Shown here one piece after another: positions 38,205 through 48,796 of a stretch of DNA of 64,000 bases. The position numbers and the translations under genes were made by a program. Numbering within the stretch: position 1 is the stretch's first letter; every line of letters starts with the position of its first letter. The DNA comes from an uncultured bacterium (GTDB lineage Bacteria > Actinomycetota > Acidimicrobiia > Spongiisociales > UBA5794), in NCBI GenBank assembly GCA_963801165.1, contig CAWDDT010000006.1:96001-160000 (forward strand). The letters are read 5' to 3'. Under the pieces are notes generated by a model. That model was not told the DNA's origin and searched no databases. It saw only the letters and a program-made list of their open reading frames with translations.

Positions 38205-40377
38205 GATCATCGAGGCCGAACCTGCGCTCCACCTGGCTCGGATCCGTGAGGAATACGCCTCGCATTACGGAGATGCCGACTTCTCCAATATCGAACGCGC
38301 CTACCGGGTGGCCGCCCAGGCACATGCCGGGCAGATGCGCAGGTCGGGACACCCCTACATCACTCACCCGCTGATAGTCGCCGAGATCCTCGCCGGCTAT
38401 GGCATGGACGAGGCAACGCTGATCGCGGCCATCCTGCACGACACAGTGGAGGACACCGACGTGTCACTCGAGGACACCGCGTCGATGTTCGGGGACGAGG
38501 TGGCGGCGCTCATCGACGGGGTGACAAAGCTGGACCGGATCCGGTTCTCGTCGCGAGAGGAACAACAGGCAGCGACGATCCGCAAGATGGCTATAGCGAT
38601 GGCCAAGGATATCCGCGTTCTGCTCATCAAACTCGCCGACCGGCTCCACAACATCCGTACGCTTGACTTCCTCCTCGAGGAGAAGCGGCATCGGATCGCT
38701 CTCGAGACCCTCGAGGTCTACGCCCCGCTGGCGCACCGGCTCGGGGTGCAAGAGATGAAGCACGAGATGGAGGACCGCTGCTTTCGCGAGCTGTATCCCA
38801 AGCGGATGCTCGAGCTCGAGGAGCTGATCAGCAGACGCGCCCCACAGCGGGAAGCGGACCTGGAGCGGGTCAAGGAGCGCGTGCGCGAGGAGTTAGCGGT
38901 ACAGGGCATAGAAGCAATGGTCACCGGCCGACCCAAGCACCTGTACTCCATCTACCGCAAGATGATGGCGAGCGGTCTCGAGTTCGAGCAGATATACGAC
39001 CTCATGGGGGTGCGGGTGCTCGTGAACGAGGTGCGGGATTGCTATGCCGTGCTGGGGTTGATCCACACCCTGTGGGCTCCGATCCAGGGCCGGTTCAAGG
39101 ACTACATCGCGATGCCCAAGTTCAACCTGTACCAGAGCCTGCACACCACGGTGCTCGGGCCGGATGGCAAGCCGCTAGAGGTGCAGATCCGTACCTACGA
39201 GATGCATACCCGCGCCGAGTACGGGATCGCGGCGCATTGGCGCTACAAAGACGGCGACAAGAGCACCGATCCCGAGTTCATAGCCGATCTACGCTTCCTC
39301 CAGGAGGAGTCGACAGATCCCCGCGAGTTCCTCGAGCATCTGAAACTGGATCTCTACATCGATGAGGTGTTCGCCCTCACGCCGAAGGGTGATGTCCACG
39401 TGCTGCCGCGGGGCGCCACCCCGGTCGACTTCGCATACAAGATCCACACCGACGTCGGCCACCGCTGTGTAGGTGCCAAGGTCAACGGAAAGTTGACGCC
39501 CCTCAACTCAGAGCTGCATTCCGGCGACATTGTCGAGATCATCACCACCAAATCGGCGGATGCCCGCCCCAGCCGCGACTGGCTGGAGTTCGTCAAGTCG
39601 TCGCGGGCAAGCACCAAGATCCGTCAGTGGTACACGCGGGCACGGCGGGAAACGGCTCTTCAGGACGGCAAAGAGGCGATCGTGAGGGCCCTGCGCAAAT
39701 CGCCGCTGCCGATTGAGCGATTCAAACGGGACGAGGCGCTGCTTCCGGTCGCGGAAGATTGCGGCTACCACGATGTCGACGGTCTCTACGTCGCCGTGGG
39801 TGACGGCAGGCTCAGCCCCCTGACGGTCATTTCACGTCTCGAGCGCTTGCACGGCCTCGGCTCGGAGGACGACGACCTACTCAGCCCCCCGACCCGGTCC
39901 CGGTCACGGCGCCCCACCAGTGCGATAAAGGTCGACGGCATGGAGGACATGCTGGTGAGGGTGGCGCGGTGCTGTGCGCCTGTCCCTGGTGACGAGATCA
40001 TCGGTTTCGTGACGGTTGGGCGGGGAGTCTCGGTTCACCGGGTCGACTGCAGCAACATCGGAGCGCTCGGCGACAAGAAGGAGCGGATCATCGACGTCTC
40101 GTGGGACGGCGAGTACCAGGGTTCGTTCTTTGCCTGGATCCAGATCGAGGCACTCGACCGGGCCCGTCTTCTTCGCGACGTGACCGAGGTCATCTCGGAT
40201 CACGGCGGAAACATCGAGGCGGCATCGACGGCAACGGGTAGCGACCGTGTGGCGATCCTGCGCTTTGAAGTGCAGTTCTCCGATCCTCAGCAGCTGGAAC
40301 GGGTTCTAGCCGAGACTCGACGGGTCGACGGCGTATTCGATTCGTACCGGCTGGTGCCGCAGGGCACAACCGAATGA
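38191..40377 (+). CDS. rel: Bifunctional (p)ppGpp synthetase/hydrolase Rel
   Basis: HD domain (LHDTVED), KLADRLHN, RPKHLYSI, YQSLHT, TGS and ACT domains. Confidence 0.95.
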   Translation: MALPEIIEAEPALHLARIREEYASHYGDADFSNIERAYRVAAQAHAGQMRRSGHPYITHPLIVAEILAGYGMDEATLIAAILHDTVEDTDVSLEDTASMFGDEVAALIDGVTKLDRIRFSSREEQQAATIRKMAIAMAKDIRVLLIKLADRLHNIRTLDFLLEEKRHRIALETLEVYAPLAHRLGVQEMKHEMEDRCFRELYPKRMLELEELISRRAPQREADLERVKERVREELAVQGIEAMVTGRPKHLYSIYRKMMASGLEFEQIYDLMGVRVLVNEVRDCYAVLGLIHTLWAPIQGRFKDYIAMPKFNLYQSLHTTVLGPDGKPLEVQIRTYEMHTRAEYGIAAHWRYKDGDKSTDPEFIADLRFLQEESTDPREFLEHLKLDLYIDEVFALTPKGDVHVLPRGATPVDFAYKIHTDVGHRCVGAKVNGKLTPLNSELHSGDIVEIITTKSADARPSRDWLEFVKSSRASTKIRQWYTRARRETALQDGKEAIVRALRKSPLPIERFKRDEALLPVAEDCGYHDVDGLYVAVGDGRLSPLTVISRLERLHGLGSEDDDLLSPPTRSRSRRPTSAIKVDGMEDMLVRVARCCAPVPGDEIIGFVTVGRGVSVHRVDCSNIGALGDKKERIIDVSWDGEYQGSFFAWIQIEALDRARLLRDVTEVISDHGGNIEAASTATGSDRVAILRFEVQFSDPQQLERVLAETRRVDGVFDSYRLVPQGTTE

Positions 40378-41051
40378 CGCTGCTGGTCGACGGTCGCTCG
40401 CTGTGGCTGGCCGAGACGAACTGCTATGTGGTGGCGCCGGAGCGGGGTGGCCCGTGTGTGATCGTCGACGCGCCGGACGACCTGGAAGGGATCGCAGACC
40501 TGCTTGCCCGCAACGACCTCTATCCGGAGGCCCTGCTGGTGACGCACGCCCACATCGACCACGCCGGCGGTGCCGGTGGTGTCGTGGACAAGTGGTCGAT
40601 CAGCGCCTACCTGCACCCCGACGACGAGTGGCTGGCCGCGGATCCGGCGGCGCAGCTACGTTCCCTGTTCGGTGGGACGCTGCCCGGCTGGCTCGAGAGT
40701 GGCTTCGAGCCGCCGGCATCCTGGTCGGCCCTCGATCATGGCCAGCAGCTGAGGCTCGCCGGCCTCGACATCGCGATCATCCACACTCCGGGGCACACCC
40801 CGGGCCATTGCTGCTTCCATCTCGACCAGGATGGGATTCTCTTCTCGGGTGATCAGCTGTTCGCCGGTTCCATCGGTAGAACCGACCTGCCGGGCGGAAA
40901 CTACGGTGACTTGATGCAGTCGATGCGAGAGCGGGTGCTGCCGCTCGCCGGCGAAACCCGGGTTCTTCCCGGTCATGGCCCGGCGACTACGATCGCGCAG
41001 GAACTGCGCACCAATCCCTTTTTGACCGATCCCGACCTGACCGATCGCTAG
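40374..41051 (+). CDS. MBL-fold metallo-hydrolase
   Basis: THAHIDH, HTPGHTPG, SGDQLFAGSIGRTD, PGHG. Confidence 0.92.
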   Translation: MTLLVDGRSLWLAETNCYVVAPERGGPCVIVDAPDDLEGIADLLARNDLYPEALLVTHAHIDHAGGAGGVVDKWSISAYLHPDDEWLAADPAAQLRSLFGGTLPGWLESGFEPPASWSALDHGQQLRLAGLDIAIIHTPGHTPGHCCFHLDQDGILFSGDQLFAGSIGRTDLPGGNYGDLMQSMRERVLPLAGETRVLPGHGPATTIAQELRTNPFLTDPDLTDR

Positions 41052-41079
41052 ACGGATTGGCGCCTGAAGCGAGGAAACC

Positions 41080-42855
41080 ATGACGAAGTACAGGACGACG
41101 CACGGCGGCATTCTCCGCGCCTCCGACATCGGTACCGAGGTGCGGCTGGCGGGATGGGTCGCCAAACGGAGGGACCACGGTGGGGTGATCTTCGTCGACC
41201 TGCGGGACTCATCGGGGATCGTCCAGGTGGTGCTCAACCCGGAGAATCACCCGGCGTCGTCTGAGACCCTGCGCGGTCTGCGTAACGAGTTCTGCATCAT
41301 GGTCACCGGTATCGTCCGAGAGCGGCCGGATGGCACGATCAACCCGGAGATGGCAACCGGTGAGATCGAGGTGGGCGTCAGCGAGCTCGAGGTGCTGTCG
41401 CCTGCAGACGTCATGCCCTTTCAGATCGATGAGCGTTTCGACGCCGACGAGGCGCGGCGTCTCAAGTACCGTTATCTGGATCTGCGACGGGACAAGATGG
41501 CCGGGAACCTCCGGGCACGTTCCACAGCGATCAGGGCGATGCGAAGGGTGCTCGACGACCTCGACTTTCTCGAGGTCGAGACGCCGACCCTCGTCGTATC
41601 GACGCCCGAGGGGGCCCGTGACATGCTGGTCCCCAGCCGGCTCCGGCCCGGTCATTTCTATGCGCTCCCGCAATCGCCCCAGCTGTTCAAGCAGCTATTG
41701 ATGGTGGCGGGGGTCGAGCGCTACTACCAGATCGCCCGCTGCTATCGCGACGAGGACTTCCGGTCCGATCGCCAGGTCGAGTTCACCCAGCTCGACCTCG
41801 AGGGCTCCTTCTGGGACCAGGACGATGTCCTCGACACGCTGGAGGCGATCGTGGCCCGGGTGGTCGGCGATGTCCGCGGTACGGAATTGGTGCGCCCGCT
41901 TCCCAGGATGACGTACGCCGAGGCGATGGCCCGCTACGGGACCGACAAGCCCGATGTGCGCTTCGGGATGGAGATCGTCGACCTCGCCGACGTTTTCGCT
42001 CAATCTGAGTTCCGGGCGTTCGCCGGGGCCATTGCCGCCCGAGGAGCGGTGCGTGGGATCAACATCGGGAACCAGGGTCTGTCGCGAGCCGGCTTCGACA
42101 AGCTCGTCGCTGAGGCGCAGGACCTCGGTGCCAAGGGGCTCGTTTGGATGGTTGCCGAGGAGGACGGCAGCGTCCGCTCACCCGTTACCAAGTTCCTCAC
42201 TGAGGTGGAGGTGACCGGGGTTACCAGGTCCATGGCCGCCCAACCCGGCGATGCGCTGCTGATCGTCGCCGACGAGGTGAAAGTGGTCTCCCGGGTGCTG
42301 GGACAGCTCCGGCTGCAATTGGGCCAACCCTCCGGGCACGACGAGCTGGCGTTCTTGTTCGTCGTCGACTTCCCGGTGTTCGAGCGAACCGAAGAGGGTG
42401 CTCTCGCTCCCGCCCACCACCCGTTCACCGCACCGCGGGACGTCGAGGAGATGCGGTCCTCACCGGAGACCGCCATCTCGCGTAGCTACGACATGGTGCT
42501 CAACGGCGCGGAGCTCGGTTCGGGGAGCGTCAGGATTCATGACCCGGTTCTCCAGTCGCAGGTGTTCGATGTGCTCGGGATATCACCGGAAGAGGCGGAG
42601 ACGCGCTTTGGGTGGTTCCTGCAGGCCCTCCGCTACGGCACGCCGCCGCATGCCGGGTTCGCCATCGGGGTGGACCGGTTCGTGTCCATCCTCCAGAACG
42701 AGCAGAACATTCGCGAGGTAATGCCGTTCCCCAAGACGCAAACCGGGGCGGACCCGCTGACCGGGGCACCGAGTCGGGTCGCCGAAGTGCAGCTCGGGGA
42801 GCTCGGCATCGACGTGCGCCCTGAGATACGAGCCGCCTGGTCCGAGCAACGTTGA
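41080..42855 (+). CDS. aspS: Aspartate--tRNA ligase (probably non-discriminating)
   Basis: RRDHGG (His typical of non-discriminating enzymes), YALPQSPQLFKQ, RDED.R.DRQ, HHPFT, PPHAG. Confidence 0.96.
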   Translation: MTKYRTTHGGILRASDIGTEVRLAGWVAKRRDHGGVIFVDLRDSSGIVQVVLNPENHPASSETLRGLRNEFCIMVTGIVRERPDGTINPEMATGEIEVGVSELEVLSPADVMPFQIDERFDADEARRLKYRYLDLRRDKMAGNLRARSTAIRAMRRVLDDLDFLEVETPTLVVSTPEGARDMLVPSRLRPGHFYALPQSPQLFKQLLMVAGVERYYQIARCYRDEDFRSDRQVEFTQLDLEGSFWDQDDVLDTLEAIVARVVGDVRGTELVRPLPRMTYAEAMARYGTDKPDVRFGMEIVDLADVFAQSEFRAFAGAIAARGAVRGINIGNQGLSRAGFDKLVAEAQDLGAKGLVWMVAEEDGSVRSPVTKFLTEVEVTGVTRSMAAQPGDALLIVADEVKVVSRVLGQLRLQLGQPSGHDELAFLFVVDFPVFERTEEGALAPAHHPFTAPRDVEEMRSSPETAISRSYDMVLNGAELGSGSVRIHDPVLQSQVFDVLGISPEEAETRFGWFLQALRYGTPPHAGFAIGVDRFVSILQNEQNIREVMPFPKTQTGADPLTGAPSRVAEVQLGELGIDVRPEIRAAWSEQR

Positions 42856-44195
42856 GCGACCAGGAAGACCTCTTTGCGGAGGAGCGGGCGGATCGACGGT
42901 TCCGTGGAGCGCCGCTCGCCGCCAGGATGCGACCTCGTACGCTCGACGAGGTGGTGGGTCAGCAACATCTGGTGGCCCCGGGGACGGCCTTCCGGTCGCT
43001 TCTCGAGTCGGGGCGTCCCAGCTCGCTGATCCTGTGGGGTCCGGCGGGGACGGGAAAGACGACTTTGGCACGCTTGACGGCCCGCGCGGCAGAGGCCAGG
43101 TTCACCGAGCTGTCTGCAACCGCGGCGGGCGTCAAGGAGGTCAGGGCGATCCTGGCGTCGGCGCGGCAGCGTCTCGAGGACGGCATCGGAGGAACGGTGC
43201 TCTTCCTCGACGAGATCCACAGATTCAACAAGAGCCAGCAAGATGCATTGCTGCCCGGGGTCGAAGACGGAACGGTCATTCTCGTCGGTGCCACGACCGA
43301 GAACCCGTTTTTCGAGGTCAACTCACCGTTGATCTCACGATGCACGGTATTTCGGACCGAGCCACTTGCACCCCACGACGTCGTCGCGCTCCTCGGCGCC
43401 GCCCGGGAGGACACGATGCGAGGGCTCGGTGGCGATGTGACCGTGACCGACGCAGCGCTGGTAGCGATCGGGGAACGGGTGGGCGGCGACGCCCGGCTGG
43501 CTCTGAACACGCTCGATGTCGCCGCCGCCGTTGTGCGTGGCTCGGGGCGCGATACCGTCGAGGTCTCCGATGTCACCGAGGCTCTGCAGCGACGGATCAT
43601 CCGCTACGACAAAGGCGGCGACCGGCACTACGACGTCATCTCAGCGTTCATCAAGAGCGTGCGGGGATCGGACCCGGATGCGGCCATGTACTGGTTGCAC
43701 ACGATGATCGAGGCGGGCGAGGATCCCAAGTTCATCGCCAGGCGGCTGGTGATCCTGGCGTCTGAGGATGTCGGGCTCGCCGACCCTGCCGGCCTGTCTA
43801 TCGCCACCGATGCGTTCCGGGCGGTCGAGCTGATCGGTCTGCCCGAGGCGTCGTTCGCACTGTCGCACGCCACCCTGTACCTCGCATTGGCGTCCAAATC
43901 GAACACGGTGAAGACCGCGATCGGACGGACGAGGGACCTTCTCGACCGGACACCGGGGGCGATGGTGCCGCCGCACCTGCGCAACGCTGCCACCGAAGGC
44001 CAACGTGCCCTCGGTGACGGTGTCGGGTATCTGTACCCACATGATGATCCGGACGGCATCCTCCCGCAGCAGTATCTGCCGGATGGGGCCGTCGGCGCCA
44101 CCGTGTACGTGCCGGGGAACCACGGTGCCGAGGCGGCCCTGGCCGAGCGGCTTGCCCGGATCGACAGGCGGCTGGGCAAGCCCGAGCGGAAGTAA
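42852..44195 (+). CDS. rarA: Replication-associated recombination protein A (MgsA/RarA)
   Basis: PLAARMRP, GPAGTGKTT, DEIHRF, HYDVISAFIKSVRGSDPDAA. Confidence 0.95.
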   Translation: MSDQEDLFAEERADRRFRGAPLAARMRPRTLDEVVGQQHLVAPGTAFRSLLESGRPSSLILWGPAGTGKTTLARLTARAAEARFTELSATAAGVKEVRAILASARQRLEDGIGGTVLFLDEIHRFNKSQQDALLPGVEDGTVILVGATTENPFFEVNSPLISRCTVFRTEPLAPHDVVALLGAAREDTMRGLGGDVTVTDAALVAIGERVGGDARLALNTLDVAAAVVRGSGRDTVEVSDVTEALQRRIIRYDKGGDRHYDVISAFIKSVRGSDPDAAMYWLHTMIEAGEDPKFIARRLVILASEDVGLADPAGLSIATDAFRAVELIGLPEASFALSHATLYLALASKSNTVKTAIGRTRDLLDRTPGAMVPPHLRNAATEGQRALGDGVGYLYPHDDPDGILPQQYLPDGAVGATVYVPGNHGAEAALAERLARIDRRLGKPERK

Positions 44196-44204
44196 GGTAC
44201 GACG

Positions 44205-44399
44205 ATGCTGTTGAGAATCCGATGGTTCATCATGGGCTCTCTGGCCTCGCTGGGTCTGGTCGGCTACCTGATCAAGCAGCTCCGCAAGGCCCGGGAGCGC
44301 ATAACGCCGGGCAACGTCGCCAGGAGCGGCATGCGGGGCATGGCCGATGTGCTGGACAATGCCGCCGCCAGGATGCGCCAGGACGGCCAGGCGCGATGA
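44205..44399 (+). CDS. Small hypothetical membrane protein
   Basis: 64 aa with one TM segment (RIRWFIMGSLASLGLVGYL); stop overlaps the hisS start. Confidence 0.6.
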   Translation: MLLRIRWFIMGSLASLGLVGYLIKQLRKARERITPGNVARSGMRGMADVLDNAAARMRQDGQAR

Positions 44400-45724
44400 G
44401 CATCATCCCGCCGAGGACGCTCAAGGGTTTCCGCGACTATTTGCCGGTGACGATGACCGCCAGGGAGCAGGTCATCGAGACCGCTCGCCGGGTATACCGC
44501 TCGTTTGGTTTCACCCCCATCGACACGCCCGCTCTCGAGTACAGCGAGATCCTGTTCGGCAAGGGCAGCGACGAGACCGATCGCCAGATGTACCGGTTCG
44601 AGGACAACGGTGGCCGGGATGTAGCGATGCGTTTCGATCTCACGGTGCCGCTGGCGCGTTTCATCGCTCAGCACGTCGGCGAACTGGGCACACCGTTCAA
44701 GCGCTATGCGGTCGGGCCGGTGTGGCGCGGTGAGAACACCCAGCGGGGCCGCTACCGGGAGTTCGTCCAATTCGACTTCGACACGATCGGCACCGAGAGT
44801 CTCGTTGCCGACATCGAGACCATCGTCGTCGTCCACGATCTTTTCGCCACGCTCGACATCTCGCCGTTCACGATCCACTTCAACAACCGGGACTTGTTGA
44901 ACGGTCTGCTGGAGCGTCTCGGATTGGGAGGCCAGGCGAGCGCGGTGTTACGTACCCTCGACAAACTCGCCAAGATCGGCACCGACGGCGTACGAACGGA
45001 GCTCTGCGAGGTGGCGGGCGCCACCGCCGCGCAGGCAGACGAGATCCTCGCTCTCGCCGGGCTGGCCGGAAGCAACGACGAGATTCTCGATGCGCTGCCG
45101 GACATCGTCGGCGGCGAAGAGATCGCGGTGCGCGGCCTCACGTCGTTGCGCACTGTTGTCGACGGGGTGAGAGCCGCCGGGATCGACGACGCCCGGGTGC
45201 GGGTCGACGTCAGCATCGCCCGCGGGCTTGCCTACTACACGGGAACGGTGTTCGAGACGTTCCTCGACGACCTTCCCGATATCGGCAGCGTCTGCTCGGG
45301 TGGGCGCTACGACGACCTGGCCTCGCTCTACACAAAGCAGCGTCTGCCGGGGATCGGAGGCTCGCTCGGTGTCGACCGGCTCATCGCGGCGATGGAGGAA
45401 TTGGGACGGGTCGACGAGCGAGCGGCGACGGCAGACATATTCGTTCCGCTCTTCTCAGCGGACAGGCAAGGCGACTATCTGCGTCTCGCCGAGGATCTGC
45501 GCCGGGAAGGGCTATCGGTGGAGCTGTACCCCGACGCCAGGAAACTGGGGACACAATTGAAGTACGCCGATCGGCGCGGGCACCGGCTGGCGGTGGTAGT
45601 CGGTGACGAGGAATGGTCATCGGGAGCCGCCCAGGTGAAGACGCTGGACACGGGGGAATCGACGGTCGTCCCGGTAGAGGAGTTGGCGACCTATTGCAGG
45701 CGGCTGCTCGGGGTGGGGTCCTGA
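44396..45724 (+). CDS. hisS: Histidine--tRNA ligase
   Basis: KGFRDYLP, MRFDLTVPLAR, RGRYREF.QFDFD, ARGLAYYTG, GGRYD. Confidence 0.96.
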   Translation: MSIIPPRTLKGFRDYLPVTMTAREQVIETARRVYRSFGFTPIDTPALEYSEILFGKGSDETDRQMYRFEDNGGRDVAMRFDLTVPLARFIAQHVGELGTPFKRYAVGPVWRGENTQRGRYREFVQFDFDTIGTESLVADIETIVVVHDLFATLDISPFTIHFNNRDLLNGLLERLGLGGQASAVLRTLDKLAKIGTDGVRTELCEVAGATAAQADEILALAGLAGSNDEILDALPDIVGGEEIAVRGLTSLRTVVDGVRAAGIDDARVRVDVSIARGLAYYTGTVFETFLDDLPDIGSVCSGGRYDDLASLYTKQRLPGIGGSLGVDRLIAAMEELGRVDERAATADIFVPLFSADRQGDYLRLAEDLRREGLSVELYPDARKLGTQLKYADRRGHRLAVVVGDEEWSSGAAQVKTLDTGESTVVPVEELATYCRRLLGVGS

Positions 45725-45749
45725 TCGGCGGCGCTAACCTGCCGACGCA

Positions 45750-48371
45750 ATGAACAGCCAAGAGATCCGCGACACGTTTCTGTCCTTCTTCGCCGAGCGC
45801 GCTCACACGATCGTGCCCAGCGCCTCGCTGATCCCGATCGACCCGACTCTGCTGCTGACCGTTGCCGGGATGGTCCCCTTCAAGCCGTACCTACTCGGAG
45901 AGGAAAAGCCGCCGTATCCCAGGGCGGCTTCGGTGCAGAAATGCGGCCGTACCGCCGACATCGACATCGTCGGCACCACGGCGCGCCATCTCACCTTTTT
46001 CGAGATGCTTGGCAATTTCTCATTCGGTGACTACTTCAAGGAGCAAGCGATACCGTGGGCTTACGAGCTGGTGACCGACGGGTTCGGCATCGACCCCGAA
46101 CGGCTCTGGTTCACGGTGCATTTCTCCGACGAGGAGGCCGCCGAGATCTGGATCGACGGTGTCGGCGTGCGACCAGAACGCGTCCAGCGAATGGATCGCG
46201 ACAACTTCTGGCAGATGGGTGTTGCCGGGCCTTGTGGGCCGTCGTCGGAGATCTTCTTCGACAAAGGCCCCGCTTACGGCCAGGACGGCGGACCGGCGGT
46301 GGACGATGAGCGGTTCATGGAGATCTGGAATTTGGTCTTCATGCAAAACGTCCAGGATGAGCCCTATCACGTCGTTGGCGACCTTCCCGCCCGTAACATC
46401 GACACGGGCGCCGGTCTCGAGCGCGTTGCCACCGTGGTCCAGGGCGTGGACAGCGTCTTTGCCACCGACGAGTTGCGAAGTGTCATCGCCGCCGCGGAGC
46501 ACGCGACCGGTACCTCTCTTGGTGAGAGTGAGCGGACGGACGTGAGCCTGCGCATTCTCGGCGACCATGGCCGCGCCGTCACATTCCTCATTGCGGACCG
46601 GGTAGTGCCGTCGAATGAAGGCAGGGGCTACGTGCTGCGACGCCTGCTGCGACGCGCCGTGCGGCACGGCGTGCTGCTCGGCGCCCGGGACAACATCATG
46701 GCCGCTCTGGTGGGTGCCACCGTTACCGCCATGGGCCGGGCATACCCCGACCTGGTCGAGCAGCAGGACAGGATTCTGGAGATGGCCGAACGGGAGGAGG
46801 GAAAGTTCCGCCGTACCCTCGAGTCCGGACACCGTCTTCTCGACGAGGCTCTCGAGCCTCTCGAGGAGGGTGACACGCTATCGGGCGAGGTCGCCTTCAA
46901 GCTGCACGACACCCACGGCTTTCCCCGGGAGCTGACCGAGGAGATCCTCAACGAGCGCGGGTTCCGTCTCGACCTCGCAGAATTCGAGCGGATGATGGAT
47001 GCCCAGAAGGAGCAGGCCAAGGCCAACTTCCGAACACGCAACAGCGCCGAGGTCAGCGATGAGTACCGGGCGCTGGTGCGCGGTCTCGACAGCACGGACT
47101 TCATCGGGTACGACGCGGAAGCTGGGATGGCGCGCATTCTCTCCATCGTGCGGGAGGGTGAGCCGGTGGAGGTAGCCGAGGAGGGAGAGGAGATAGAGCT
47201 CTTCCTCGACCGAACTCCCTTCTACGCCGAGTCGGGTGGCCAGGTAGGCGATACCGGCATCGTCAAGACCGAAACGGGGATCCTGGAGGTGAGGGATACC
47301 CAACTGGCGATTCAGGGGGTCCACGGTCACCGCGGGGTGGTAACCACCGGGCATATCCAGGTGGGCCAGGATGCTGAGACGTCGATCGAAACGGGACGCC
47401 GGGAACGGATCAGAAAGAACCACACCGGGACTCATCTGCTCCACTGGGCACTGCGGGGCGTTCTCGGCGAGCACGTCCACCAGGAAGGCTCGTTCGTGGC
47501 CGAGAACCGTCTTCGCTTCGACTTCAGCCACTTCAAGGCGGTGGAGCCGGATGAGCTACTCGGCATCGAGCGGGCGGTCAACGAGCGGATCGTGGAGAAC
47601 GCACGCGTGACCACGGTCGAGACATCAAAGGACCAGGCGGAGGAGATGGGCGCTCTAGCTTTTTTCGGCGACAAGTACGGCGACCGGGTGCGGGTTGTCA
47701 AAGCGGGCAGCTACTCGACGGAGTTCTGCGGCGGCACTCATGTTCCCTCGACCGGTCAGATCGGCCCCCTCGTGCTTGTCTCCGAAGGGTCGGTTGCTGC
47801 GAATACGCGTCGGGTCGAGGCGCTGACCGGGATCGCCGGCTACGAGCATCTCCTCGATATCCGGCACCAGTTGCGCGACACGGCCTCGCTGCTACGCGCC
47901 CAGGAGGCGGGAGTGGTTGATGCCGCGAGGGCATTGACATTGCGTCTCAGGGACCAGGAGGAGCGGATAGCCGAATTCGAGGATAAGGCGCGTCTCGAGA
48001 CCGCAGGCAAGGCCGTTGACGATGCCGAGACATACAACGGACACAAGCTGATCGTGATCAGCGAACCCGGTGCGACCCCGGATCAACTGAGAGCGCTGGC
48101 GTTCCAGCTTCGCGACCGCATCGGCTCGGGCATCGGGGTCCTGGGATCGAGTGTCGCGGGCAAAGCGGCGCTACTCGCCTTTGCGACCGCCGACCTGGTT
48201 GCGGCCGGCGTGTCTGCGGGGGAGATCACCGCGGTTGCGGCCAGGGTCGTCGGCGGGGGCGGTAGCCGCGACCCCGAGCTGGCGCAGGCCGGAGGCCCGC
48301 ACGGCGAAGAGATCGACGCGGCGCTGGAAGCGGCGCGAGAAGCGGCCAGAGCGGCGCTTCAGGGGGTATGA
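45750..48371 (+). CDS. alaS: Alanine--tRNA ligase
   Basis: AGMVPFK, HLTFFEMLGNFSFGDYFK, EIWNLVFMQ, TPFYAESGGQ, NHTGTH, CGGTH. Confidence 0.98.
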   Translation: MNSQEIRDTFLSFFAERAHTIVPSASLIPIDPTLLLTVAGMVPFKPYLLGEEKPPYPRAASVQKCGRTADIDIVGTTARHLTFFEMLGNFSFGDYFKEQAIPWAYELVTDGFGIDPERLWFTVHFSDEEAAEIWIDGVGVRPERVQRMDRDNFWQMGVAGPCGPSSEIFFDKGPAYGQDGGPAVDDERFMEIWNLVFMQNVQDEPYHVVGDLPARNIDTGAGLERVATVVQGVDSVFATDELRSVIAAAEHATGTSLGESERTDVSLRILGDHGRAVTFLIADRVVPSNEGRGYVLRRLLRRAVRHGVLLGARDNIMAALVGATVTAMGRAYPDLVEQQDRILEMAEREEGKFRRTLESGHRLLDEALEPLEEGDTLSGEVAFKLHDTHGFPRELTEEILNERGFRLDLAEFERMMDAQKEQAKANFRTRNSAEVSDEYRALVRGLDSTDFIGYDAEAGMARILSIVREGEPVEVAEEGEEIELFLDRTPFYAESGGQVGDTGIVKTETGILEVRDTQLAIQGVHGHRGVVTTGHIQVGQDAETSIETGRRERIRKNHTGTHLLHWALRGVLGEHVHQEGSFVAENRLRFDFSHFKAVEPDELLGIERAVNERIVENARVTTVETSKDQAEEMGALAFFGDKYGDRVRVVKAGSYSTEFCGGTHVPSTGQIGPLVLVSEGSVAANTRRVEALTGIAGYEHLLDIRHQLRDTASLLRAQEAGVVDAARALTLRLRDQEERIAEFEDKARLETAGKAVDDAETYNGHKLIVISEPGATPDQLRALAFQLRDRIGSGIGVLGSSVAGKAALLAFATADLVAAGVSAGEITAVAARVVGGGGSRDPELAQAGGPHGEEIDAALEAAREAARAALQGV

Positions 48372-48796
48372 CGCTGACCCGTTTCATAGGTCTCGATCCC
48401 GGCGAGCGGCGGATAGGTGTCGCCTTATCCGACACCCTCGGTATCATCGCGCAACCGCATCTGGTAATTGATCGGCGCTCCGGTGATGCGATCGCAGCGA
48501 TCAGGGACCTATGCATCGAGTACGAGGTGGACACCGTGGTAGTCGGTTTGCCGAGAAACCTGAAGGGGGAAGAGGGACCGTCCGCAGCGATGGCCAGGGA
48601 GCTGGCATCCGCAGTTGCTGCGGCAACGGGCTGCCACATAGCGTTCTCTGATGAAAGGTTCACCACAGTGCAGGCGGAAGCCGCCCTCATCGAGGGCGGG
48701 ATGCGCCGCCGCAAGCGGCGCGAAACGATCGACAAAGTTGCTGCCGCCGTGATGCTGCAGGGCTTCCTCGACGGGAGGTCCTCTCATGACGCCTGA
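48368..48796 (+). CDS. ruvX: Holliday junction resolvase-like RuvX/YqgF
   Basis: GLDPGERRIGVALSD, VVGLP, DERFTT, DKVAAAVMLQ. Confidence 0.93.
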   Translation: MTLTRFIGLDPGERRIGVALSDTLGIIAQPHLVIDRRSGDAIAAIRDLCIEYEVDTVVVGLPRNLKGEEGPSAAMARELASAVAAATGCHIAFSDERFTTVQAEAALIEGGMRRRKRRETIDKVAAAVMLQGFLDGRSSHDA

